Source: an uncultured cyanobacterium
GTDB lineage: Bacteria > Cyanobacteriota > Cyanobacteriia > PCC-9006 > JAAUQQ01
Assembly: GCA_963718615.1 (NCBI GenBank)
Contig: OY970368.1
Span: 5,824,001 to 5,888,000 of the forward strand
Reading direction: 5' to 3'
DNA: 64,000 nucleotides
Every line of letters begins with the position of its first letter. Positions within the stretch are counted from its first letter, which is position 1. A model generated the notes under the pieces. That model made no database searches, was not told the DNA's origin, and was given only the letters and a program-made list of their open reading frames with translations. A program made the translations under genes and the position numbers. Positions 43,681 through 54,367 of this stretch are shown here, in pieces.

Positions 43681-45267
43681 ATGACAGCACCAGATCCGAA
43701 TATTGGGCGGGTTTTAGACGATCGCTACGAGCTGATTGAGCTGGTAGGTAAAGGGGCTATGGGTCGGGTTTACCTGGCCAAGCATGTGCTGCTGGGGGGC
43801 GCGGTTGCCGTTAAGTTTTTGTCGCAAACGCTGCTGAGTAATAAGATGCGCGATCGCTTCTTTGCAGAAGCCCGCACCTGTGCCCAGCTGGGCCAAAAAA
43901 GCATCCACATTGTCCGCGTCAGTGACTTTGGCGTCGATGACACCGATATTCCGTTCTATGTGATGGAATATCTCCAAGGAGAAAATCTTAGCAGTCTCAT
44001 TCAAGCCCAGCCCCTCCCCTTGCCTCGGTTTTTGGGGATCATGCGTCAGACCTGTCTCGGCCTCAAGACGGCCCATGAAGGCATTTCTGTGGAAGGCAAG
44101 CTCTGCCCGATTATCCACCGCGACATCAAACCCAGCAATATTCTCGTCACCCCCGACGACACCATGGGGGAGCTTTCCAAAATTCTCGATTTCGGCATCG
44201 CCAAGCTCATCCAAGAAGACGCCAGCCAAACCCAAGGATTTATGGGAACCCTGGCCTACTCTTCACCGGAGCAGATGGAAGGCAAGGAGCTCGATAATCG
44301 CTCCGATATTTACAGTCTGGGCATTTTGATGTTCCAGAGCCTCACTGGCAAGCTGCCCATCTACACCGATAACCACACCTTCGGCGGTTGGTACAAGGCC
44401 CACCACTTCCAAGAACCGCGTCAACTGGCAGAAATTGCCCCTCAACTCAAGCTGCCAGGAAGCCTCACCCGTTTGATTAGCGCCTGCCTGGAAAAGAAAC
44501 CCGAGAACCGCCCACAAAACGTTGAGGAAATTCTTCGAGATCTTACGCCCCTGGAGCATCGCTTTGGCACGGGTCGGCAAATTGGTCATCGCATTCAGTC
44601 GACACTCGCTCGGCTGCCTGTGGTTCAGAAAAAGACCGATCACCCCCCCGATGTTCCAAACAAGGGGGTTAATTTTGATGAGGTTTGTTATCTCCAATCC
44701 TGGCCCAAAAACAAGCCCAATGCCCGTATCGTTTTTCCTCGTAAGATCAGAACCAGCGACGGTATCTTGCTGACGCTTTGGGTCATGTTGCCCAAGGAAG
44801 AAATCGAGCAGCTCAAGGTTAGTCGCCTCTACACGCGGGTCTATCGCAATTTCCTCTGCACCATGTCCCCCCATCCCATGGCCATGTGGATCACGGCACT
44901 CCACAATCGCCTCTGTCATGAAGCTCAGGAAGCGCGCTGGTTAACCTGTTTCTTGGATCTCAAAACCGAGCAGGGTCAAGAGTATTTACATTTGCTCAGT
45001 GACCAGGGCGACTATCGCATTTTGTTCTTCGCTCTCGAAGAGCCCAAACGCTGTGCCCATATTCTCACGACTCGGATTAATCCAGCCCAGTGCGAGCAAA
45101 TGAAGCAGTGGATTGTCAATGGTCGCGGTTGGCGCGGTCCGGAGCAGTCGACGCTGAGCAAAGAAATGCTGCGCCATGAGCTAGAACGCATTAAGCCCAA
45201 GGTCCAGGAAACGCTAAACGCTGCCGATGGGCAAAGCGGTACCTTGTTTCCCGGTTTTGAAGCTTAA
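43681..45267 (+). CDS. Hanks-type Ser/Thr protein kinase
   Basis: GKGAMGRV, AVK, HRDIKPSN, DFG, SPEQ, SDIYSLG; likely start ATG 43681. Confidence 0.95.
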   Translation: MTAPDPNIGRVLDDRYELIELVGKGAMGRVYLAKHVLLGGAVAVKFLSQTLLSNKMRDRFFAEARTCAQLGQKSIHIVRVSDFGVDDTDIPFYVMEYLQGENLSSLIQAQPLPLPRFLGIMRQTCLGLKTAHEGISVEGKLCPIIHRDIKPSNILVTPDDTMGELSKILDFGIAKLIQEDASQTQGFMGTLAYSSPEQMEGKELDNRSDIYSLGILMFQSLTGKLPIYTDNHTFGGWYKAHHFQEPRQLAEIAPQLKLPGSLTRLISACLEKKPENRPQNVEEILRDLTPLEHRFGTGRQIGHRIQSTLARLPVVQKKTDHPPDVPNKGVNFDEVCYLQSWPKNKPNARIVFPRKIRTSDGILLTLWVMLPKEEIEQLKVSRLYTRVYRNFLCTMSPHPMAMWITALHNRLCHEAQEARWLTCFLDLKTEQGQEYLHLLSDQGDYRILFFALEEPKRCAHILTTRINPAQCEQMKQWIVNGRGWRGPEQSTLSKEMLRHELERIKPKVQETLNAADGQSGTLFPGFEA

Positions 45268-45283
45268 ATGTCTTAGATGCGTC

Positions 45284-45316
45284 TAGACCAGGTCTAAGCC
45301 TGGTCTAAGCTTTTTT
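45284..45316 (+). terminator. Putative intrinsic terminator
   Basis: TAGACCAGG-tctaag-CCTGGTCTA followed by a T-run. Confidence 0.55.
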
Positions 45317-45370
45317 ACTCAAGGGAGAACCGATGCATGAGAAGATAAAAGACGGATCGATATCGATTGC

Positions 45371-47437
45371 ATGAGCATCTCGACTTCCACCTTAGCCACT
45401 TTACTGGAGTCCCTGAAGTCGAATTCGGGACACAGTTTAGTTCGACCTCAAATTTATTTCAAGTCTTCCCTGACGGCCTTGTCCCATGCCATGGAAGACC
45501 AGGCTTTGGCGGGGAGCGATCGCCCCTTAATTATCGCTACCTTTCAACAGGAACGATTTTATCGCCAAGAGGCTCATCGGTACGAGCGCATTGCGGCGCA
45601 AACCAATCAGGTCTACGTGTTGGCAGCTCCGGAAACGGATTTTACCAATGCATCCGGTATCTATGAAACCATCGCCTTTGGACAAACCGATAGCCTGACC
45701 CAGGAATGGAATTTGGTGGTGATCGGAGAGCATTACGCCAGTTGCTTGGTGTGCGAGGAGCGCCAGATTCGCCAGCGGTTGACCCCCCAGCACATGGATC
45801 CCAGTCGGCGATTTGAGGGCATTTGGACCTTTGATCGCGCCATCAGCACCCGTGCGGCAGAGTTATTGCTCGATCGCATCCTCCACTATCGGCCAGAACT
45901 GGCGGACAAGGTCCAAGCCGCCCGCACTCAACTGTCACTTCAGGTCGAAAATCCAGCCCATTTGGCTACCCCCGGTCCCTTTGCTGAACGACTGGTGACC
46001 TATCTTCAGGCGGGTCAGTACAAGCTGCTTAAGGCCTATCGCTCGATCTCCGCCAAAGAACGGCGGGAGCGTTTGGTCAATTCTATTACCGCAGCCATCC
46101 GCCAGTCCCTCGATATCGAAGCGATTTTTCAAATTGCAGCGAAGGAATTGGGGGAAGCCCTAGAGGCTTGTCGTTGTCTGATTTATCCCTGTCGAGCGGA
46201 CGATACCCAAGCCGAGCTGCGCTATGAGTTTTTGACGACGTCGGTGTCTGCTTTGGCGGGGCGATCGCTCCCCCTTGCCCAAAACCCACTCTTTCAGCAG
46301 GCCGTGGCCCAAGCAAGTCCCTTGTTTGTGGAATCGGTCAGAGAAGATCCCCGTGTGCAAACCCATCGCCTTTTGCAAAACTGGGTAGAACTGGGGCAAA
46401 TTGAAAGCTGGCTGATGGTACCGTTGCTCCATCAGGGAGAGCTCTTGGGGATGGTGGAGTTGCATCGCTGTGCGGGTCAAGCTTGCGAGGGTCCTCTTTG
46501 GAACGAGGCGGATTTGGCTTTGGTGGAGGCGATCGCCCCCCAAATCAGCGTTGCCCTCATTCAAGCCCGTGCCTATACCCATCTCGAAAACCTCAATCAG
46601 CAACTGGAGGAACTGGAGCGCACCCGCTATAACCTGACGGCGATCGTCGGTCACGAACTCCGCACCCCACTAGCAACGGTCAAAATTTGCTTGGAAAGCC
46701 TAGCGAGCGAACCCGATATGTCGGCAGAAGTGCGCCAGGTCATGCTCAATACTGCCCTAGGGGATGCGGAGCGACTGCGGGAATTGGTTCAGGACTTTTT
46801 GACCCTCTCACGGCTAGAAAGCGGACGGGTCAAGCTCACCCCAGAATCCCTGTCGCTGCAAGAATGCGTTAGCTTGGCCCTGAGCAATCTCAATGCCCGA
46901 CGGGATAAAGAGCGATTACCCGACATCAGCAGTGATGTCTCGGCGGATCTGCCCCTGGTGGAAGTTGATGGGGAGTGGCTAGTGGAGGTTTTGGCCAAGC
47001 TCCTGGATAATGCCTGTAAATTCACAGAACCCAATGGCACTGTGGTGATTCAGGCCCAGGCCATTGCAGGGTCGATGCTAGAAGTCACGATCGCGGACAC
47101 TGGACGAGGCATCGATCCAGAACGGCTAGAAACAATTTTTGAGCGATTTTATCAGGAAGAAGGCGCGCTGCGTCGAACAGCGGGCGGCACGGGATTGGGC
47201 CTAGCGATTTGCCGTCAAATCATTTCACGCCTAGGCGGTCGGATTTGGGCAGAGTCGGAAGGTCCCAATCGAGGGACTCAGTTTCACTTTACCATTCCCC
47301 TCGCTCCCAGCATGTCTCCAACCTCAAACAGTTCAAATAATTCAAATAGTTCAAATCGCTCTAAGACCAATTCTAAAGCTGCGGAAAAAAGCCCAACAAA
47401 GCGTAAACCCCGCACCAAGCGGCGGCCCTCAACCTGA
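45371..47437 (+). CDS. DICT-GAF sensor histidine kinase
   Basis: YFKSSLTALSHAMED and FQQERFYRQE (DICT), GAF domain, HELRTPL, DTGRGI, GGTGLGL. Confidence 0.92.
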   Translation: MSISTSTLATLLESLKSNSGHSLVRPQIYFKSSLTALSHAMEDQALAGSDRPLIIATFQQERFYRQEAHRYERIAAQTNQVYVLAAPETDFTNASGIYETIAFGQTDSLTQEWNLVVIGEHYASCLVCEERQIRQRLTPQHMDPSRRFEGIWTFDRAISTRAAELLLDRILHYRPELADKVQAARTQLSLQVENPAHLATPGPFAERLVTYLQAGQYKLLKAYRSISAKERRERLVNSITAAIRQSLDIEAIFQIAAKELGEALEACRCLIYPCRADDTQAELRYEFLTTSVSALAGRSLPLAQNPLFQQAVAQASPLFVESVREDPRVQTHRLLQNWVELGQIESWLMVPLLHQGELLGMVELHRCAGQACEGPLWNEADLALVEAIAPQISVALIQARAYTHLENLNQQLEELERTRYNLTAIVGHELRTPLATVKICLESLASEPDMSAEVRQVMLNTALGDAERLRELVQDFLTLSRLESGRVKLTPESLSLQECVSLALSNLNARRDKERLPDISSDVSADLPLVEVDGEWLVEVLAKLLDNACKFTEPNGTVVIQAQAIAGSMLEVTIADTGRGIDPERLETIFERFYQEEGALRRTAGGTGLGLAICRQIISRLGGRIWAESEGPNRGTQFHFTIPLAPSMSPTSNSSNNSNSSNRSKTNSKAAEKSPTKRKPRTKRRPST

Positions 47438-47511
47438 TCTAGACAGAGCAATCTTTTTTTGAGGCAGTCTTTTGTTAAGCTAGTCTTATGGTGAGGCTAA
47501 AGCAGCGCACA

Positions 47512-50016
47512 CTACTGCGGAGCAGCCAAATGCTGTTCCAAAATCAACTCGATTTTTTCTAACTCAAATTGAGCTGCCAATCTAACTAACGGTTTGAGAA
47601 AAGGTCCATAATTTGCATTCTCTTCCCAGAGGCGTTCTGCGGTTTGGGTGAATTTTTGAGCTCGACCACATTGGGCCAATCCCAAAAGTTGTTCTAATGA
47701 ATTTGGCTCGGGCACCATCAAAGCGGTCTTCTCTGACTCTAGATACATCGTCGAAAGTTCGGTTAAATCGTTTGAGCTAGGCTTATAGGACCATCTCAAA
47801 TCGAGTAAACGTTCTAAGGTCGCTAGCAGCTCATCCCGCTGTATAGGCTTAGCCAAAAAACCATCTCCACCGGCGATCAGGCTCTTTTCTTGATCGGTTT
47901 TACTCACTGACGCAGATGCAACTAAAACCTTAATAGACTTAAGGCTTTCATCCCTACGCAGTTGATTTAAGAGTTCATAGCCATTCATGACGGGCATTGT
48001 CAAGTCGGTAATGATTAAATCCGGTTGAACTTTGCGGGCCTTGTCTAGCCCTTCTTTGCCGTCACAGGCTTCGATTACGCGAAATCCTAACGGAGTTAAA
48101 AGTCCTATCAAAATTTCACGATTCTGCCATTGATCATCAATAATTAAAAGGGTTTTGATTGAACCTTCATAGCCAACAACATCAGATTTTGCAGAGTCTA
48201 ATGCCGCTGCTTGCCATTCCCTAGAAAGAGGAAGAACGGCATCAAAGAAGAAACAGCTTCCTATCCCAAATTCACTCTGTACTTGAATTTGACTTCCCAT
48301 CAACGTCACGATTTTTTGGCTTATGGCTAGGCCCAAGCCAGTGCCTTCGGCTTGCTTATGGCTATCTCCTACCTGTTCAAAGGGTTGAAAAATATGGTCT
48401 AAATGCTCTGGCTTCATGCCAACCCCAGTATCTTGAACCCAGAACCGAAGTTTGACGCGATCGCCAGACAGATTTGGATCGCTCAAACATTCTACCTTTA
48501 ACGTAATCGTGCCTTGATCTGTAAACTTAACGGCGTTCCCTAAAAGATTAATCAAAACCTGCCGCAATCTTTTTTCATCGGCTTCGATCGCGAGAGGTAG
48601 TTGGGCATCCACCTCGTAGTTTAACGAGAGTCCTTTCTGCTGAATGCGGATCTGCATCATTTCAGTGATTCCCTGCAAAAAGGAACTTAAATGAATTGCC
48701 TGAGGCGTCAAATCCAATTTGCGTGCTTCGATTTTTGAAAGATCTAGAATGTCATTAATTAGCGTTAATAAATGCTGACCACACTGCGCAATTACCTGGA
48801 TTCCATTGCGTTCCTGCTGCCCCCAGTCCTCAGCACGACCAAGAATTTGAGCATAGCCTAAGATTCCATTGAGTGGCGTTCTGAGCTCGTGGCTCATGTT
48901 TGCTAAAAACTCACTTTTCGCAAGGCTAGCCATTTCTGCTTTTTGCTTCGCTTTCTGCAATTCTTCCTCAATTCCCTTGCGGACTGTAATATCCGTCAAC
49001 ATGCTTAAAATCCCCAAGACTGTCTGGGTTTGAGGGTGCCGAATCAAGGTACTATGAATCAAAATCCAGAGTTCCGTACCATCCTGGCGACGAAGCTTGA
49101 GGTCACAGGGCTGATGGTCGCCCTGATAGAGCTGCTGGAAGTGTTGTTGGGCAGCCTGAACCTGGAGATCGGAATCGAAAAAATCAAAGAATGATTGTTC
49201 AATTAACACTTCCTGAGACGAAGTACCCAACATTTCTACAATCTTGTGATTGACAAATGTACTTTTCCCTTGCGTATCAAATAGCCAGATGCCCTCTTCT
49301 GAGGTCTCCACAATCCGACGATATTGGGCTTCACTTTCATTCAGCGCTGACAATACCTTCTGTCGCTCTTGCACAAACTGAAGGGTTAAATAGGCCACTA
49401 ACAGCAGAAAAAAGAGTAATAAGATCGAGACGATCGCCAGCAGCTTTAAGGAGTTAGACCGAGCCGCAACCAAGGCTGAATATTGAGCATTATGCTGATG
49501 GAGGAGTACGCGCTTTCCGTCATTAATACCGACTTCTAGCTGATTCAGATCTTGAATAATTTTTTGTCTAGATTCTTGTTTAGATTCCTGACTGGATTCT
49601 GGGCTAGCTTTTGGGTTAGCTTCTGGGTTAGATAACTCCTGTCGCCATTGATTGAGGCGATCGCGAACTGCATACCATTGAGAAACCATCAAGGCCATCT
49701 TTTGTCGAAGCTCTGGACTCAAATCAGCAGCGACATGATGCTGTTGAATGATACGAATTCGGCTTTCCACCAAATCCATTTGAAAATCGATTGAATCAAA
49801 GGACTTAGGTACAGCTTGAGATTCTATGACAATCGAAAGACGCAAAATTTCCCGATGAAGTTGATCTAAAGAATGACTAGAAAGATTAAGACCACTGGTC
49901 AACAGCGCATCCTGTCTGCGAATCTGATTAACCAGATTGACACCAGTAGTCGCAATCCCTGCCACCAGGCTCAGAGCCACCGTAGCAACAATAACTACCC
50001 GTGCTCCAGCAGCCAT
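47512..50016 (-). CDS. Membrane-bound hybrid histidine kinase (periplasmic helical sensor, PAS, HisKA, HATPase, REC)
   Basis: Two TM segments, PAS, SHELRTPLN, NLLGNAVKFT, EGTGLGL, IITDLTMP. Confidence 0.93.
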   Translation of the reverse strand: MAAGARVVIVATVALSLVAGIATTGVNLVNQIRRQDALLTSGLNLSSHSLDQLHREILRLSIVIESQAVPKSFDSIDFQMDLVESRIRIIQQHHVAADLSPELRQKMALMVSQWYAVRDRLNQWRQELSNPEANPKASPESSQESKQESRQKIIQDLNQLEVGINDGKRVLLHQHNAQYSALVAARSNSLKLLAIVSILLLFFLLLVAYLTLQFVQERQKVLSALNESEAQYRRIVETSEEGIWLFDTQGKSTFVNHKIVEMLGTSSQEVLIEQSFFDFFDSDLQVQAAQQHFQQLYQGDHQPCDLKLRRQDGTELWILIHSTLIRHPQTQTVLGILSMLTDITVRKGIEEELQKAKQKAEMASLAKSEFLANMSHELRTPLNGILGYAQILGRAEDWGQQERNGIQVIAQCGQHLLTLINDILDLSKIEARKLDLTPQAIHLSSFLQGITEMMQIRIQQKGLSLNYEVDAQLPLAIEADEKRLRQVLINLLGNAVKFTDQGTITLKVECLSDPNLSGDRVKLRFWVQDTGVGMKPEHLDHIFQPFEQVGDSHKQAEGTGLGLAISQKIVTLMGSQIQVQSEFGIGSCFFFDAVLPLSREWQAAALDSAKSDVVGYEGSIKTLLIIDDQWQNREILIGLLTPLGFRVIEACDGKEGLDKARKVQPDLIITDLTMPVMNGYELLNQLRRDESLKSIKVLVASASVSKTDQEKSLIAGGDGFLAKPIQRDELLATLERLLDLRWSYKPSSNDLTELSTMYLESEKTALMVPEPNSLEQLLGLAQCGRAQKFTQTAERLWEENANYGPFLKPLVRLAAQFELEKIELILEQHLAAPQ

Positions 50017-50106
50017 AGATCACCTTTAATCCTATGCATCATTACTTGAACAATCAAATTATCAAAGAAATACGAAGCGATAAGCGTAAAACACCAAAAT
50101 TTCTAA

Positions 50107-50185
50107 ACAGAAATTACCAGACAGAAATTACCAGACAGAAATTACCAGACAGAAATTACCAGACAGAAATTACCAGACAGAAATT
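50107..50185. repeat. Perfect 14-bp tandem repeat, five full copies plus a partial
   Basis: (ACAGAAATTACCAG)x5 followed by ACAGAAATT. Confidence 0.97.
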
Positions 50186-50222
50186 TTTAGAAACATTATG
50201 AATAGAAGTTGTTAGATAGAAA

Positions 50223-50783
50223 TTATTGAACTGCGAGAGACTTGATTTGCCAAACCCAATAAGAATCCGTTTGATTCGGATCAAACTTGTAATCATCGTA
50301 GGGAAAAACAAGCATGGCAGGTCCCCGATAGTCTTCCTTCATATACTTGCCGTCCTGCTGAAGGGCAAAGAGAACTGGATAATCTTGAACTAACTGAATC
50401 GGAACGCTGACTTTATAATCGTTGAGTGCGGTCACTTCCAAAGTGGTAGCATCCGGTTTAACCTGTAGAACCGCTAACAAATCTTTCATCAAAACTCCCC
50501 GAAAAGTTCGTTTTGCCTTTTCAAAGGGATCCGTCACAGTATATTCCACGACTCCAATGGATTCGATCGTAGATAAATCCATCACGACCTTATCCGCTTG
50601 ATTAGTTTTGCCCACGGCCCCGGTCACGGTCAGCAAGGGTTTGGATTGAGGCAGCGGAATAGGGCTATTCCCCTGAAGGGTTGCAGGGCTAATCCGCTGA
50701 TACACCTGATCAAAGGCAGGCTGCGTTGAGCAACCCGCGAGGGCTACGATGGTCGTGATGACCACTGGCATCAGATATCTCAT
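50223..50783 (-). CDS. Lipoprotein with a sulfite-oxidase (Oxidored_molyb) fold, PruR-like
   Basis: Lipobox LAGC; LTVTG, FRGV...DLL, ALNDY, RGP.MLVFPYD, WVWQI; the only Cys is the lipobox Cys. Confidence 0.82.
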   Translation of the reverse strand: MRYLMPVVITTIVALAGCSTQPAFDQVYQRISPATLQGNSPIPLPQSKPLLTVTGAVGKTNQADKVVMDLSTIESIGVVEYTVTDPFEKAKRTFRGVLMKDLLAVLQVKPDATTLEVTALNDYKVSVPIQLVQDYPVLFALQQDGKYMKEDYRGPAMLVFPYDDYKFDPNQTDSYWVWQIKSLAVQ

Positions 50784-50882
50784 TGTTGTTACGCTTTGTC
50801 TTCACGCTGAGGATTTTATTCTTAAGGTTCCCAGCGCTGCGCTTGGCCTAACCCATAGAGATATTATGTGGAGGAAAGACGT

Positions 50883-52127
50883 CTAGGGGTGAGAATAACT
50901 GCGACCTTTCCAGGTTCCCCCCTTGCCCTGCCAGTGGCGGCGCGCGGAGTCAAGCGTCATGAGGCTGTAGAGGAGGGCGATCGCCGGTAATCCCAGACTC
51001 GCAAACCAAGGCTGGCGATAGAGGCGCAATGTGGGCCAGTAGGCGATCGCCATCAGTCCCCAGGTCAATAGCCCCAAACTCAACAAGGGTCCATTCATGC
51101 TTAAGGCTCCCCAAAGAACGGCTAGGGGAGCGACTAAATACACCAAACTCATTCCCACCAGCGTCCCCATTAGGAGCCAAGGGGAGTAGTACAACTGGGT
51201 GTAAGCGGTGCGGGCGACCATGTCCCAGATACTTTTGAGGGTAGGGTAGGGGCGCAGGCTGACGGTTTGGGTGCTGAGGCCCAGCCAAATGTGGCCCCCT
51301 CGGCGTTTGACCGCAGCGGCGAGGGAGCAATCGTCGATCAGGGCCTCGCGCACCACTTCAATGCCGCCGATGGCCTGGAGCATACTGGTGCGCAGCAGAA
51401 TACAGCCCCCCGCCGCCGCTGCAATTTTGCGCTGGGGTTGGTTAACCCAAGGAAAGGGGTAGAGTTTTTGGAAAAAGAAGATAAAGGCCGGAATCAGTTG
51501 CCGTTCCCAAAAGCTGTCGCAGCGGAGCTGAACCATCAGCGACGTCAGGTCCAGGGCTTCCCATTCCGCTTTGACGATTAGCTGTTCGAGGTTATGGGGC
51601 GCGTGGCGAATGTCGGCGTCGGTGAGCAGGATGTAGTCGGGTTGCTCAGATACGGAAGCATGGGGCAATTGCTGTGCCCAGTCAATGCCCTGCTTCAGCG
51701 CCCAGAGTTTGCCTGTCCAGCCAGAGGGGAGCGGTTGTCCTGGCAACACTGTCAGTTGGCGATGTGGGGCCTCACTAGGTCCCTGTTTGTGGAGTTGTTG
51801 GGCGAGATCCGTGGCGATCGCCCCTGTGCCATCGCTGCTCTGGTCGTCCACCAAGATGATCCGCAAAGGACCCGGATAGGTTTGGGCGAGGAGCGATCGC
51901 AAACTCTCCCCAATGACGCTGGCCTCGTTGCGGGCCGGAATCACAATGGCGACGGGGGGATATTTGTCGATGGGTTTTGGCAGAGAACCTTCGTCAAGTC
52001 GTTGGTCACAGCGCCAAAAGTTGCCCCAGCAAAAGACTAAAAATAGCCAAATGACAAAGGACAACGTGGCTAGGACGATGGCGATCGCCACAAAACTGTT
52101 CATTAATTCCCCGCTCTCCCCGCTCAT
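50883..52127 (-). CDS. hpnB: Hopanoid-associated GT2 glycosyltransferase
   Basis: IPARNEA, VDDQSSDGT, GWTGKLWA, LTDAD, ALIDDC, WDMVARTAYTQL; divergent from shc. Confidence 0.85.
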   Translation of the reverse strand: MSGESGELMNSFVAIAIVLATLSFVIWLFLVFCWGNFWRCDQRLDEGSLPKPIDKYPPVAIVIPARNEASVIGESLRSLLAQTYPGPLRIILVDDQSSDGTGAIATDLAQQLHKQGPSEAPHRQLTVLPGQPLPSGWTGKLWALKQGIDWAQQLPHASVSEQPDYILLTDADIRHAPHNLEQLIVKAEWEALDLTSLMVQLRCDSFWERQLIPAFIFFFQKLYPFPWVNQPQRKIAAAAGGCILLRTSMLQAIGGIEVVREALIDDCSLAAAVKRRGGHIWLGLSTQTVSLRPYPTLKSIWDMVARTAYTQLYYSPWLLMGTLVGMSLVYLVAPLAVLWGALSMNGPLLSLGLLTWGLMAIAYWPTLRLYRQPWFASLGLPAIALLYSLMTLDSARRHWQGKGGTWKGRSYSHP

Positions 52128-52426
52128 TTAGTTGTGCAATTCAATTGAGCTATAAACTTCAAAAATCCAGACAACGCCCATCAACAACGGCTTGACGGCG
52201 ATTCAATTGCTGACGGGTTCTGCGTTCATGGGTCAAGGGGAGATACAAAATGCTACTCAAATGACGTCCTTATCCTAGCAAGCTAGCGCAGCCTTGTCGC
52301 TTTTGGCATCCGGTGGAGCACTATTTTCCAATCGCCAATAATCTGAAACGATGTACAGAAAGAAAAAGGGCATCCTAATGCTGTAGAAAGCGTTAGATTG
52401 ACCCAACGTGTTGAGGAGTGAGGGAC

Positions 52427-54367
52427 ATGCAGACTCAGGATCGAAACCCCGGACAGCCCCCGGTTGCAGGCATTGCGCTGGATCAATTGGCAGCGGCGAT
52501 CGCCAGGAACCAAGCCTATTTGCTCTCCCAGCAGGATGAAACCGGCTACTGGCAAGCAGAGCTAGAATCCAACGTCACCATAGCCGCCGAGGTCGTGCTG
52601 CTCTACAAAATCTGGGGGACGGACCGGGAACGTCCGCTGGACAAAGTCGTTCCCTACCTGCTCGGCAAGCAAGTCCGCAGCGGTGGCTGGGAGCTATTCT
52701 ACGGCGATGGCGGTGACCTCAGCACTTCGATCGAAGCCTACATGGCGCTCAAGATTCTGGGGATGCCCGCCACGGACCCGGCCATGCAGAAAGCGCGGGC
52801 GTTTATTTTGTCTAAGGGCGGCGTTACTCAAAGCCGGATTTTTACCAAGTTTCACCTAGCGCTGATCGGTTGCTATAGCTGGCGCGGCATTCCCTCGATT
52901 CCGCCCTGGATTATGCTGCTGCCCTACTCCTTCCCGATCTACGAAATGTCGAGCTGGGCGCGGGGCAGCACGGTGCCGCTGTTGATTGTCTTTGACAAAA
53001 AGCCGGTTTTCCCGATAGATACGCCCATCACCCTTGATGAACTTTATACCGAAGGTTACGCCGCTGTGGGACCGCTGCCGAGTAACCACAACTGGTCTGA
53101 TATTTTCCTCCATCTCGATAACGTTTTCAAACTTGCGGAAGACTGGAACCTGGTGCCGTTCCGGCAAGAAGGGCTGCGAGCTGCGGAAAAGTGGGTGATA
53201 GAACGCCAAGAGGCCACAGGGGACTGGGGTGGGATTATTCCAGCGATGCTCAATTCTATGCTGGCGCTGAAGGCGTTGGATTATGACGTCCATGATCCGA
53301 TCGTACAGCGGGGGTTGCAGGCGATCGACAACTTTGCCGTCGAAACCGATGCGCAATATCGCATGCAGGCTTGTGTTTCACCGGTTTGGGACACCGCTTG
53401 GGTGGTGCGGGCTTTGGTGGAATCGGGGTGCGATCGCAACCATCCTGCGGTCGTCAAAGGAGCCCAGTGGTTGCTGGACAAACAGATCTTTGACTATGGC
53501 GACTGGGCGGTAAAAAACCGTGAGGGTCAACCAGGGGCCTGGGCCTTTGAATTTGATAATCGCTTTTACCCAGATTTGGACGACACCGCTGTGGTGGTGA
53601 TGACGCTCAACCAAGTGCGCATGGACAGCGACAAACAGGAAGCGATTAAATTGGCTGCTATGCAGCGGGCCGCCAACTGGTGCGCCACCATGCAATGCAA
53701 AGCGGGGGGCTGGGCTGCGTTTGATCTGGATAATGATCAAGACTGGCTCAACCAAGTGCCCTACGGCGATCTCAAGGCAATGATCGACCCCAACACAGCG
53801 GATGTGTCGTCGCGAGTGTTGGAGATGGTGGGTGAAACCCCGGTGACGATGGCAGCACATCGAGTTCGGCGTGGCCTAGACTATCTGTTGCAGGAACAAG
53901 AAGCTGATGGCAGTTGGTTTGGTCGTTGGGGCGTCAACTATATCTACGGCACCAGCGGCGCGCTGTCGGCGTTGGCCTTGGTGGAACCCGAGCGGCATCG
54001 CAGTAGCATCGACCGGGGAGCTCAATGGCTTGTGGGTTGTCAGAACAACGATGGCGGCTGGGGCGAGACCTGCGAAAGCTACAAAGATAAAAGCCTCAAG
54101 GGCCAAGGCGAAAGTACCGCCTCGCAAACGGCTTGGGCTTTGATTGGTCTGTTAGCAGCGGGTGAGGGGATAGGAGTGTTTGCCTGGGAGGCGATCGAGC
54201 GAGGGGTCATCTACTTGCTCAATACCCAACGCAGCGACGGCACCTGGGACGAAGAGTATTTTACTGGAACCGGATTTCCTTGTCATTTCTACCTGAAATA
54301 TCACTTATATCAGCAATATTTTCCGCTCCTCGCCATTGGTCGGTATGCAAGGCTGCGTCAAGGTTAA
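52427..54367 (+). CDS. shc: Squalene-hopene cyclase
   Basis: QW repeats, SPVWDT, YPDLDDTA (DxDD), GRWGVNYIYGT, FTGTGFP. Likely start ATG 52427. Confidence 0.97.
   Translation: MQTQDRNPGQPPVAGIALDQLAAAIARNQAYLLSQQDETGYWQAELESNVTIAAEVVLLYKIWGTDRERPLDKVVPYLLGKQVRSGGWELFYGDGGDLSTSIEAYMALKILGMPATDPAMQKARAFILSKGGVTQSRIFTKFHLALIGCYSWRGIPSIPPWIMLLPYSFPIYEMSSWARGSTVPLLIVFDKKPVFPIDTPITLDELYTEGYAAVGPLPSNHNWSDIFLHLDNVFKLAEDWNLVPFRQEGLRAAEKWVIERQEATGDWGGIIPAMLNSMLALKALDYDVHDPIVQRGLQAIDNFAVETDAQYRMQACVSPVWDTAWVVRALVESGCDRNHPAVVKGAQWLLDKQIFDYGDWAVKNREGQPGAWAFEFDNRFYPDLDDTAVVVMTLNQVRMDSDKQEAIKLAAMQRAANWCATMQCKAGGWAAFDLDNDQDWLNQVPYGDLKAMIDPNTADVSSRVLEMVGETPVTMAAHRVRRGLDYLLQEQEADGSWFGRWGVNYIYGTSGALSALALVEPERHRSSIDRGAQWLVGCQNNDGGWGETCESYKDKSLKGQGESTASQTAWALIGLLAAGEGIGVFAWEAIERGVIYLLNTQRSDGTWDEEYFTGTGFPCHFYLKYHLYQQYFPLLAIGRYARLRQG

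Noticed and set aside
50107-50185. CRISPR array
   Set aside because: The 14-bp units are contiguous with no spacers, and no cas genes are in the window.
50883-54367. hpnB/shc divergent pair as a novel system
   Set aside because: Both are recognisable hopanoid-pathway genes and their linkage is expected.
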